Positions 51,567-62,619 of a DNA stretch of 64,000 bases are shown one piece after another. A program made the position numbers and the translations under genes. The notes under the pieces were generated by a model, which had not been told where the DNA came from, searched no databases, and worked only from the letters and a program-made list of their open reading frames with translations. The number at the start of each line of letters is the position of its first letter. The stretch's first letter is position 1. Source of the stretch: Rebecca billardiae RCC1528 (lineage: Eukaryota > Protista > Haptophyta); contig OZ251249.1 in NCBI GenBank assembly GCA_965240325.2, positions 372,001 through 436,000 on the forward strand, given 5' to 3'.

Positions 51567-52934
51567 ATGGCATCCGGCGCGACGACGAGCGCCGACGCGC
51601 GGCGAGGAGCCCACGCGGCGCGGTTGCGCGTGCCGCCGGACTGGCGGAAGCGCGTGTACTACGCGAAGATGGGCGCGGCCACCGCCATCGCCACCGGCCT
51701 CGCGCTGCACCCGCCGTTCCAGGCCCTTGTCGGCGGCAGCGGCGCGTGGGCGGTCGTCACGGTGACGGCGATCGCGACGCAGGGGCCGTCGCTCGGCGGG
51801 ATCATGTCGCGCGGCGTGAACCGCGCGACGGGCACGGTGCTCGGCGCGCTGGTCGCCCTCCCCTTCAACCTCGCCGCGGCGCAGCTGCCCGCCGCCGCCG
51901 CCACCGCGCTCCTCCTCGCCGCCGCCCTCCTAGTCTCAGGCGCAGCGTACGCGCTCACCGCGCGCGCGCGCCGCAGCGCGTGGGGCGCGCAGTACGAGTA
52001 CGGCGTGACGCTCTTCGTGCTTTCGTTCGCCATGCTGCTCGTCGAGAACCTCTCCTCCCCCTACCGCTCGCTCCACCGCTCGCTCGCCATCTTCATCGGC
52101 ATCGGGATCAGCATGGCCGCCGCGCTGCCATGGCCACACCTCGCCGCCGATGAGCTGGATGTCGCGCTGGCGCGCACGCTGCGCGACGTGGGCGCGCTGC
52201 TGCGCGCGGTGGCGCGCGAGTCTGCGGCGACGGACGCCGCCGCCGAGGCGCACCACCAGATGGACGCGTGGCTCGGGCAGCCGGGCGGGTCGGGCGTGCG
52301 CGCGCAGGCGGCCGCCGCCGCCGCCCCCGCCGCCGCGCCGCCGGCCGCAAACGACGGCGCCGCGGGCGCGAAGCGCGCCGACGGCGCCGATGCGGGCGCG
52401 CTGCCGGGGGGCGCCCCGGGGGCGTCGGTGTCCGAGATCCTCGCGCGACTCGCCGCCGCGCGCGGCTCGTGCGCCAAGCTCGCTGCCGCGAGCCACTGGG
52501 AGCCGCCACGTGTCTGGTACCGCAGTGGGCGCGGGTGCGCGTGGCGGCGCGGCGGCGGCGGCGGCGCGCGCGGCGGCGGCGCGGGCGGCGGCGCGGGCGG
52601 CGGCGACGACGGCAGCGGCCGCGGCGGCGTGGGCGCGGCGCCCATCGCGCCGGCGTCGGCGCCGATCCCTCGACCGCGCGTCGTGGTCGTCCAGCCCGCC
52701 GAGCCCGCCGAGCCCCCCGCCATCCCCGCCGCCTCCGCCGCAGCCGCCGCAGCCGCAGCCGCAGCCGCAGCAGCCGCAGCCGCAGCCGCAGCAGGCGCAC
52801 TCGTGCCCATGCCCCCGTCCGTATCTCGCTCGATCTCGGCGGCCACCTCCGCCGCGGGCAGCGCGGACACGGGCGTGAGCAAGCTGAGCAGCATGAGCGT
52901 GGGCTCGTGGGTCCAGCGCACGCTGCCGCCGGCC

Positions 52935-52977
<43 letters not shown>

Positions 52978-53882
52978 AGGGCGCGCCTGTCCTGGAGCTG
53001 CGCGTGCCCACAGACGCGCCCGGACTCTACATGGCGCTCGGGCGCGCGCTCGGCGAGCTGGTGCACCGCGCGGCGGCGCTGAGCGCGCTGCGCGCGAGCG
53101 CGCAGCCGTGCGCGGCGCAGGCGGCGTGCGCGCCCGCGCTGTGCGCGCTGGCAGCCGCGCTGGAGAACGCGCTCGGCCTGACAGCCGACGCACTTGCCGC
53201 CATCCCAGCCGCGCTGTGCGCGCGCCGCCGCGCGCCGCCCCGCGCGCACGGCGGCGGCTCACAGCAGCGCACGGCCGCGCGCGCGGCGCCGCGCGGCGCG
53301 GATGCGGACGCGGACGCGGACGCGGACGCGCGCGGCGCGCGGCGGAGCGCGCACGGCGCGGTGCGGCAGGCGAGCGCCGAGCTGCGGTACGCGCTCGCGA
53401 GCGCGGCGTCGCGCGCTCGCCTTGAGCCCGGCGTGCACGCCGAGCAGGCGGCGACGGTGCGCGCGCTCGCCCTCGGGCTGCAGCTGGATGAGTTGGCGAC
53501 GGCGCAGTGGCCGGCGGTCGCGGAGGCGGCGGAGGTGCTCAGCGGCGCGCTGGGCGCGATGGCGGCGGGCGAGCGCGCGGAGCGCGCGATCGAGCGCGCG
53601 CGCGCCTCCGCGGACGCGATGGTCGGGTCTACGTATCGTGCGGCGGCGGCTGAGCGCTACGGGCACGGGCACACGCCACCGCGCGCGCCGGGCGCCGAGC
53701 ACGGCCGCGCGGCTCCGGCCTCGCCGCTCGACGGCGCCGGTCCGTCCGGCCCAGCCGAGGCGCCGCCGGCGCTGCGCGTGACGCACGCGCGCCGGCCGAG
53801 CGCGCCTGCTGTGCTCGGCAGCCCCGCTGGGCAGCACGCTCCGCCACGGCCGGTCGCGGCGATGCGCCGCGTGCGCGACTGA
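51567..53882 (+). CDS. ALMT / FUSC-family transporter (aluminium-activated malate transporter-like TM domain)
   Basis: WAVVTV...SLGGIMSRGVNRATGTVLGA, YEYGVTLFVLSF, RSLAIFIGI...PWP. Ala-rich cytosolic C-terminus. Confidence 0.85.
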
Positions 53883-54350
53883 GCCACTCGGATTCAGTGC
53901 CACCGGCACCTGTGACCTGCGCGCGCACTCTGACAGTGTCAACACCGGCTGCCTCGAGTCACGCCGCGCGGGCCTCAGTCCGGTGACCGCGCCGGCCGGC
54001 CGGCCCGCGACTACTCGCCGCGGCCGGCGCGCGGGGGCCGAGGTGGCGCCGGACGGACAGTCTTGGCTATCGTCACGTTCTCAGCAGCAGTGCCGTGAAT
54101 CGGCCGTCGCCAGACTACAACGGCGTGCGGCCGACGCTCGGAACGGGACACTTGCTCCGACGGGAACCAGCGCCACCTCCGCCCGCCGCCATCGGCAGCG
54201 ACGATGGCGTCGCGGGACCCCCGGAGTGCTTCCCGGACCGATCGATCTCTTTTGTTGATGAGCGCCTTGCCCCGCCCGACGCACCCGCTCACCTTTGCGG
54301 CGGCGGCCCTCGCGCACGGCCCTGCACAAGCCCCGCGCGCGCGCGTGGCG

Positions 54351-57300
54351 ATGGCGCCGTCGGGCTCGGACGGGCGGCGCGGGGAGGACATGCGCGCGCT
54401 GGGCACGCTGTGCAGCGTCATGCTCTGCTGCCTCCTCCTCGTCTCCGGACTCGTCGCGCTCGCCGCCGTCGTCGTGTACGAGGACCTGAACGGCACGCTG
54501 CCGTGGCCGACGCGCGAGAGCGCGCCGCCGGCCGCGGAGCCGACGGCGGCGGCGGATCGGATGGGCGCGCTGACCGCGGCGCTGCTCCCCACCGCGCGCA
54601 TCGAGCTCGGCTCGCGCCTCGCCGCCAAGCTCGCCCCCTTCGCCGCCGAGGCGATGGGCGCGGCCGCGCGCGGCCCGCTCGCGACGCACCCTGTGCAGGG
54701 CGGTGACGAGTTCACGTTCGAGCGGAACTGGGCGCCGTTCGCGCGCGGCGCGCGGTACGCGTTCCGCGCGTCGCTCGCCGGCGCGACCGTCGCGCGCGCC
54801 ACCGCGTCCTTCGTCCCCGACGCGCCCGGCGGCTCGGCCGGGCTGACGGTACTGATGTCCGAGATGACAATCTCGTACGAGCGCGGAACCTTCTTGGCGT
54901 ACAACGAGAGCGACGGCGCGGTGGAGATGGGCGAGCAGGGCGCGCTGTCGTTCTACGAGCACGGCGCCGAGGCGAGCCTCACGCTCCCGCTCCGCGCCAA
55001 CCCCGACGGCACCCTCGCCGTCGGCGCGCCCTCGTGCGTTCTCGCCGCGTTCCGGCACGGCGCGCCCGAGCCGCTCGCCGGCTGGCGCACCGGCGACGGC
55101 CTCGGCGGGCTGGACACGGCGGAGTTCTTCGCGGAGCGGTGGCCGGTGTTCGTGCGCGCGTTCGCGGAGCACTACGTCTCGCGCGTCGCGCCCTCGCTCT
55201 GCGCCGCGCTCGGCGCCTCGCTCCCGCAGGCGGTGTCGGCCCTTCTGCAAGAATTCTCGCCGCCCGCGCTGCCGCTGCCACATGCTGTGATGGACGCGCG
55301 GCTGTCGGCGCCCGTGCGCGTGGCGGAGGGCGGCGCGCTGGTGCTCGAGATGCCGGGCGAGGCGCGGCCGGTGCACGCGCACGCCGACGCCGTCCCCTTC
55401 GCCCCCGCCGAGGAGGCCTTCGCCCCCGTCCCGGCCGCCTCGCTTGCGCTCGCCGCCGCGGCCGACGCGGCGGGCGTGCCGCGGCCCGCGGGCGCAGACG
55501 CGCCTCTCAACGCGAGTGACGTGCGCGTGCTGCTGTGCGAGGACGCGGTGGCGTCGATGGTGGCGGCGGCGCTCGTGCCCGACGCCGAGGCCGGGCGCAT
55601 CGTCGCGCAGCACCCCTCGCCCCGCCTCACCACCACGCGCCTCAAGCGGCTCAGCGCGCTCGGTGCGCGCGCGCCGGCCGCGCGCACCGAGCGCGCCGGC
55701 CGCGCGCCGGCCGCGCGCGGCGCGCAGCCCGCGCGCCGCGTGCCCCCCCCACCCCCCCCCCGTCGCGTGGCGCGCGGTATGCGGCGCGCGGCGCGTGAGC
55801 TCACCCCCGCCGTCGCGCGCGTGCGCGCCCCCGCGCCCCCGCGCAGGCATCCCCGCCGTCGCCGACGACGGCGCGACCGCCATGCCCGACGCGGACGGCT
55901 ACGGCCAGCGCGCGCCCGACGGCCGCGCAGACGCAGACGCGTATGCGGACGCAGCGACGCTCTACCCCGAGTTCCCGGTGGGCCTCGCGCTGACGTTCAC
56001 GGGGCAGGCGAGCGCGCGCTTCGACGGCGCGGCGGGGGCGGTGCTCGCGCAGCTCGGCGCGGTCGTCGAGCTCCAGGTCGCGGGTGCGCGCGCGCGCCGG
56101 GCGGCGCCGCCGCGCCACTGCCGCGCGCGCGCACCGCCGCAGCCATGGCCCGACACCACCGCAGCACAGCGCTGCTGCTGCTTCGCGCGGCGCTCTCGCG
56201 CGCGCGGGCGCGTGGGCCGCCGCGCTGTGCGCCGAGCGCCGCGCGCGCGGCGGCCGCCCGCTGTCCGCCTCGAGAGAGAATCGCGCGAGAAGCGCCCACG
56301 CACCGTGCGCCGCCCGGAGCGCAGCGCAACGACCTGCTGCCCCGCCGCCCCGCCGCCCCGCCGCCCCGCCGCCCCGCCGCCCCGCCGCCCCGCCGCCCCC
56401 GCTCGCGCGCGTGCCGCGCGGCTGTTGCGCGCCGCGCGCGCAGACGTGCGGTTGCCCGACGGGCACTGCCTGCCGGCCGCGCGTGCCGCGTACTGGTCGC
56501 TGCTTGGCGTGGGCTGCGCTCTCGTGCTCTGCACACTGCTCGTCACGCTGTGCTGCGCAAAGGCGTGCGAGCCGATCTCGGCGGAGGAGATTGAGGCGGT
56601 CTCGCCGGGGAAGGGGCGGCGGCCGGGCGCGAGGGTGGGCGGTGCGGCGGCGGCGGCGGGCGCGCGGGACGCGCCCGCCGCCGAGCCCACGCCGACCGAG
56701 CGCGTGCGCGCCGCCAAGCGCCGCGCGGCCTTTGTCCTCGTTGCACTCGGCGTCGCGCTCGCCGGCGGCGCCGCCACCGCCCTCGTGACGTGCGTGCCGC
56801 GCAAGGGGCGCGCCGTGTTCACAGTCGCGACGATGCCGGCCGTGGTGGAGGTGAGCGCGGCGCCGCTGGTGCGCGACTTGACGAGACTCGGCGCGGACGT
56901 GCGCTCCGTCGCGGTGCGGCTGGGCGCGGGCGGCGAAAGCGGCGTCAGCACCAGCGGAGGCGAAGGCGGCGGCGGCAACGGCACGGCCGCGCGCCGCCGG
57001 CGGTTGGGCGGCGACGGCGCCGCCGCCGACGCGACGACGGCCGAGTTCGACGCCCTGCTCGGGCCGAGCGTCGAGCGGCTCGCCGCGTCGGTGCACGCGG
57101 AGCTGAGCGGCTGGGCGGCGCAGGGGTGGGAGCCGCCGCTCACCTCCTTCTACCCGCTCTTCGTTGGCGTGCGAGAGTCGGCGGTCACGGTGGCGGATGG
57201 GGTGTGCGCCCCCGCGCCGCGCCGCGCGGGGAGCGCGTGCGCGCGGGCGTGCGCGGGCGTCCGTGGCGCGGGCGCGCTCACGCGCGCACGGCCGGTGCCC

Positions 57301-57494
57301 TCCCCCGCCCTGCCGCCGCGCGCGGCCCGCCCGCCGCGCGCCCCGCCCCCGCGCCCCGCCTGCGCCCATCGGCCGCCGCCCCCGCGCGCACAACCGACCG
57401 CGCGCGCGCACGCACGCACGCGCGCACGCAGGTCTTGGCCTACACGGCGCGTGCGGGCGTGGTGGACAGGCTCACCCTGCGCGCCACAGGCTGA
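54351..57494 (+). CDS. Membrane-anchored BPI/LBP/CETP (TULIP)-like lipid-binding protein, 4 exons
   Basis: Exons 54351-55662, 55847-56083, 56444-57201 and 57432-57494 are in frame. N-terminal TM; Cys pair (APSC...PSLC); MDARLSAPVRVAEGGALVLEMPGE...PF and VRVLLCEDAVASM resemble BPI central and C-terminal motifs. Family assignment is by eye. Confidence 0.6.
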
Positions 57495-58256
57495 TGCGCC
57501 CGAGCGGGCGGGTGGGCCGGGTGGCGGGCGGGCAGGCGGACTCTGTGACTGGCGGTTGGCAGCAGCCTTGCTTGCAGTGGGGACGGCTGCGGCCGCCTGC
57601 CCCTGGGACGAGCGGCGGACGGCGGCAGTGCCGCCCCGCGATGCCCAGCGGAGAGCCGGCCGCTTCAAGCCAGCCCCGCTGCAAGTCTGACTCACCCGGG
57701 CGGCGATGAGCCACGAGGCCGCCGGAGCGCGGCCGCCGCCCTGCAGGCCTGCTGGCACCACCGAGTGCTGCCGCGGCTTCAGGGCGCAGATGACGACGTC
57801 ACGACGTGCGCGACGGAAGGTCCGAACCGTTGCGGTGGTGTGGTCTGAGTGTGGTGCCGCACTCGCCGATATCGTCGGCGGACGATCTGCTGGGGTCATC
57901 AGTGAGTCGTGACGCATATGCTGCTGCGCACTACATGCATACCGCTACGTATAGTACTACGTACTACGACAGTGCAGCAACGCCGGCATTTTCCGTGCAG
58001 CATAATATATGATGACGCTCATCGTCCGGACGGTCCTAGCTACTTGAGACACCGAACCGGTCTGGCGCGGGCCGGGCAGTGGCCACTTCGGCGCGCCCGA
58101 GCGGCCGGACGGGACGACTTTGAATGGCAGCGCGGCCGCCGCCGCCAGCCGAGCATCACGACGGGCAGATGGTGCACGCCCTCGCTGCGCGCGTGGCAGC
58201 GAGCCCCTTCGGCGCGGCCCGGCTCCCACCGCGCTCCTTGGCGATCGAGCGCTCGC

Positions 58257-59859
58257 TCACGCCGCCTGCGCAGCCGCCGCGCCCGGCGGCAGCGCCACGC
58301 CGCGCGCCGCCAGCTCGGCCGCGCGCTCCTTGGCGAACGCGGCGAGGAAGAACTCGGCGGCCTTGTACGAGGAGCGGACGAGCGGGCCGGACGCGACGTA
58401 CTTGAAGCCCATCGCCATCCCCTCCTTCTGCCAGTACTCGTACTCCTCCGGCGGGAGCATGCTGCGGGGACCACACGCGCGCGCGCGCGAGGGCGGCCGA
58501 GGCGCGCGGCGGCGCGTGTAACAGACATCCCCGCAGTGGCGCGTGTAACAGACATCCCCGCAGTGCGCGTGTAACAGACATCCCCGCAGTGCGCGTGTAA
58601 CAGACATCCCCGCAGTGGCGCGTGTAACAGACATCCCCGCAGTGGCGCGTGTAACAGACATCCCCGCAGTGGCGCGTGTAACAGACAGCCCCGCAGTGCG
58701 CGTGGGTCCGGCGCGGACGCCGGCACACGCACGCACACCGCAGCACCCCCCCGCGCGCGCGCACCGCGCCACTTTCATGTGCCGCTTCGACGGCTGCAGG
58801 TACTGCCCGAGCGTGCAGATCTCGACGCCCGCGTCCAGCAGGTCCTGCATCGCCTGCCGCACCTCCGCCTCGCCCTCGCCCACGCCGAGCATGATCGACG
58901 ACTTGGTCACCAGGCCGGGCGTGGCGGCGCGCGCGTGCTCGAGGACGCGGAGGGACTGCCGGTACCCCGCACGCCGGTCGCGCACGCTCGCCTGAGGGGC
59001 GGGAGGCGCGGCGCGGCGCGCACGCGCGCAGCGGCGGGTGAGCGCGCGCGGCGGCGTGCGCCGCGCACACGCCTCCGCGCACAGGCGATCGCGCGCGCGC
59101 ACAAGCGCACACGAGCGCGCGCCGGCGCCGACGGCGCGCCGCACCCACCTGCAGCCGCTCGACCGTCTCGATGTTGTGCGCGAAGACGTTGAGGCCCGCG
59201 CCCGCGACCATCTCCACCAGCTTCTCGTCCCCCGAGAAGTCCGGCGAGAGGCACTCGAGCATCAGCGACGGCTTCTTCTCCTTGATGGCGCCGATCACGG
59301 CGGCGAGATGAGATGCGCCCGCGTCGGCCACGTCGTCGCGGTCGACGGAGGTGATGACGACGTAGTCGATGTCCCACGAGGCGACGGCCTCGGCGGTGTT
59401 GATCGGCTCCATCGGGTCGAGCGCCGCGGGCGCGCGGCTCGTCTTCACGTTGCAGAAGCGGCAGCCGCGCGTGCACGTGTCGCCCATCACCATGATTGTG
59501 GCGGTGGCTGTCCCCTCCTTGCCGCCGCCCCAGCACTCGCCGATGTTGGGGCAGCGCGCCTCCTCGCACACGGTGGCGAGCTTGAGCGAGCGCATCTGCT
59601 TCTTCAGCCGGTTGTAGTTCTCCCCCGTCGGCCGCTGCACCTTGAGCCACTCCGGCTTGCGCGCGCGCACCGGCCGCGCGCGCGTGCCACTGCCGCCGCC
59701 GTCGCCGCCGCCCGGCGGGGCGGGCGTGGGGGGCGGCGGGACGCCGCCGCGCACAAAGTCGTCGAGCGACGGGCCCGCCTCGAGCGCGCTCGACATCGCC
59801 GCCTGGCGCGTCGCCGCCGCCGAGCTGAGCGCGCGCCGGCCGGCTCGGCTGATGAGCAT
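58257..59859 (-). CDS. LIAS: Lipoyl synthase (radical SAM), mitochondrial type, 3 exons
   Basis: [12 protein letters not shown] (CX4CX5C), CTRGCRFC (CX3CX2C), [42 protein letters not shown]. Arg/Ser/Ala-rich presequence. Confidence 0.96.
58512..58703. repeat. Minisatellite, 7 x 26-27 bp (GCGCGTGTAACAGACATCCCCGCAGT[G]), in LIAS intron 2
   Basis: Near-perfect head-to-tail copies with no spacers. Confidence 0.95.
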
Positions 59860-60318
59860 GGCGCGCGGCATCAGCACGACCCCACGTCCGCACCGCAAGA
59901 TGCGCTCTGCAAGTCGCGGCCATGAAAATCCGGGCGCGGCGCGCGTTCTTGATCACCGGCCGGGTCGAAGTCTCGCGTCGCCGCCAAAAAGGCGTCCAGC
60001 GCTTGTCCAGCGCCGGCCCGCTGAGCCGGTGCCAGTGCCGGTAACGCAAATGCAGTCGACTGATGGCTGAATGGCGGGCGTATGCTCCGCCAACCCTAGC
60101 AGTATCATAGTGTGCATGCTTCACGCACCACCAGCTGCACCCTGACTACTGCAACCCACAATCGTGCAGCTGTCCGTAGGCGCAGCCGGCGCGAGCCCAC
60201 GGGCCAGGTACTCAGTAGCCTCAGCCGCGGGTGACGGTCCCCCGGACGGACGGCCGGTCGAAAGCGGCCAGGTCCGACCCCGGCGCGGCATCCGAGCAGC
60301 AAGCACGGCCGCTGCTCG

Positions 60319-61142
60319 TCATCTGCTGTAGCTCGCCTGCGAAAGCCCCGGAGACGCGGGAGCCGCTTCCGGCTCCGTCAAAGGCCCGCCGCCGGACCCG
60401 CTGTCGCTGGCACTCGCCGCCAGGCTGACAGTGACGTCATCATGGCTCCCGTCGTGACGCCGCGGCATCGATGGCGCCGGGTGCCGCCGCACGGCACCGT
60501 GCTCGACCCTGCGCGGCGAAGGCGGGCGCCATCGCGTGGCGGGGCGCGCGTACCGGTCAGCGCGCGCGCGCTCACGGGCCGTCGCCGCGCCGCACGCCGC
60601 ACCAGGCGGTGGGCGGGGTGTGAGCGCGCGCGCGCGCGCGCAGCCACGCACAAAAAGCAGATGAGGTCGTCGTTGCCCCCGATGACCGCGAGGTCGAGCG
60701 GCGTGCGGCCCTCGGCGTCCGAGTCGTTCACGCAGCCCGTCAGCATTGCCGCGAGCAGCGTCGGCACGCACTGCCCGCCCGGACTCAGCGCGGCGCGGTG
60801 CAGCGCGTGCAGCCCGAGCGTATCTCGGCGCTCGAGATCGGCGCCCGCGTCGATCAGCACGGCGAGGACGGCGATGCTGTCGCACTCGGCGGCGACGTGC
60901 GCCGGCGTGACGCCGGAGCGGTCGGGCGCGCATATTTCCACGCCCGCCTCGCACAGCCGCGCCGCCGCACGCCCGGCGTCGAGCGTCGCGACGGCGGCCA
61001 GCTTGTGCAGAGCGCCGCGGCCGTGCTTGTCGAGCACGTTAAGGTGCATGCCGCTGCCGAGCGCCACGTCGATGGCCTCGTAGTTGGGGGCGGCGCAAGC
61101 GGCGAGGAACGCGTGCTCGAAGACCGACTTGGCGGGCCGCAT
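60319..61142 (-). CDS. Small ankyrin-repeat protein, 2 exons
   Basis: DKHGRGALH, DRSGVTPAHVAA, DTLGLHALHRAA, DAEGRTPLDLA. An intron joins ICFL to VEHGA. Confidence 0.8.
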
Positions 61143-61574
61143 CGGCTGCGCCGCCGCGCCGCTGGCCTGGCGGCTCAAGCGTCCGAATGCGCGCGGCGCG
61201 CCTTTGCGCGAGCTCGAGTTCGAGCCGCGCGAGCTGCGAGCTGCGCGCCATCCGGGCGCGCACCGCCAGCCGGGCTCGTGCGCGCAAGCCTCCGCATGCA
61301 CACCGAGCGCGATCTCGCCCAGAGGTGGGTGGTTGGGGCCGGCATGGTGGCCCGTGTGCCGTGTGTCGCTCATCGTGTCGAGCGGGAAGTCCGTCCGTCG
61401 TGATGTTGTCTGGTGAGGGCGGGAAGACTTGGGTAAAAGGCGAGGTGGTTGTAGGATTTATCTGCTGATGAATTTTTCGATGCTCGTGGGACGGGGAGTT
61501 TGGAAGATCCAAGCTGATGAGCTCGACTTTCATTCATCAACTGATGGACTCCATGACTAGCGGCCGTGTGGAAC

Positions 61575-61611
61575 CAAGGGGCTTACAAAATACCACTTTG
61601 TAAGCCCCTTG
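61575..61611. mobile_element. 37-bp micro-element of P/Galileo type
   Basis: 15-bp perfect TIR CAAGGGGCTTACAAA, 7-bp spacer, and 7-bp TSD GTGGAAC at 61568-61574 and 61612-61618. Confidence 0.75.
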
Positions 61612-61670
61612 GTGGAACTGTGGGTAAAGCGGTTTATGAATGACACTTTCGGGTGCCGCAGGGCAAGGGA

Positions 61671-61958
61671 TGACTAGTAGAATCAGGCTTCATTACAATG
61701 TTGATGACAATCCCTCATCAGTGTGGGGGTTGGGGGGTTGTAATCAACCATTTGATCGTGCGTGGTTGCCGAACCCCACAGTATTATTAACCTCCCTTGG
61801 GCAGGGCACCCGATCAGTGAGCCGCGCACCCAGAAGAAATAATAATACTGTGGGGTTCGGCAACCACGCACGATCAAATGGTTGATTACAACCCCCCAAC
61901 CCCCACACTGATGAGGGATTGTCATCAACATTGTAATGAAGCCTGATTCTACTAGTCA
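61671..61958. mobile_element. 288-bp hairpin MITE with perfect ~119-bp inverted arms
   Basis: Arms at 61671-61789 and 61840-61958, AT-rich relative to the host. The ends collapse to a palindromic empty site TGACTAGTCA, so the TSD is TA or CTAG (ambiguous). Confidence 0.8.
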
Positions 61959-62417
61959 ACACGAATTGGAATCAGGCAAGAGTTTCGGTTCCTGACGAGC
62001 CTTTTACCCGCATTACTGTAGTTCGTCGTTCCACAGAGCCTCTTGCCGGAAAATCTATCATCAGTTCATCACATGCCTACGGCTAGCTTTAGCCACATAA
62101 GACAAGGCTCAAGACTCCAGAGGCTACGAGTGTCAGCTGACGCGTGGCACAGCCCGTAGACTACCAGGGGTCTCCCTTTCATTCCTTTGCACTGACGCTT
62201 TATACGTGTTCCGCCGAGTGGGCACTGAGCACTCGCCCGGTCGCCGCGCGGCGCGTTTGTCGCGCGGCTCGCGGACCGGCGGGCACGGACCCGCGCCGCG
62301 CACTCCCGACTCCGATGTCCGCGGGCCAGCGGCGGCGCCAGGCCAGAGACATAGGACTGTTAGTCGGAGCGAACTTATTACTGTAGCAGGAGAGAGCAGA
62401 CGACGACAAAGCACGAG

Positions 62418-62441
62418 CATCAAAGGTCCTTTGATCCAATC
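62418..62441. promoter_or_regulatory. Candidate promoter element (copy 2)
   Basis: CATCAAAGGTCCTTTGATCCAATC, ~180 bp upstream of ATG 62620. Confidence 0.5.
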
Positions 62442-62619
62442 AGGGAGCCGCGCAGAAAGAGGCGGCGCAACGGTCGCGCACCTACAGTTTACTAAGAATA
62501 AGAGACGCACACAGCTCAGGCAGGCGAGTAGCTTGATGGCTACCAAACCTTCCGGCTGGCCGGACCGCACGCCCGCAACGTGAACGGTGATCACTGGAGC
62601 CGCCGGCTTCGGGGCCACG

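Noticed and set aside
58512-58703. CRISPR array
   Set aside because: The repeats are contiguous without spacers and lie inside a spliceosomal intron.
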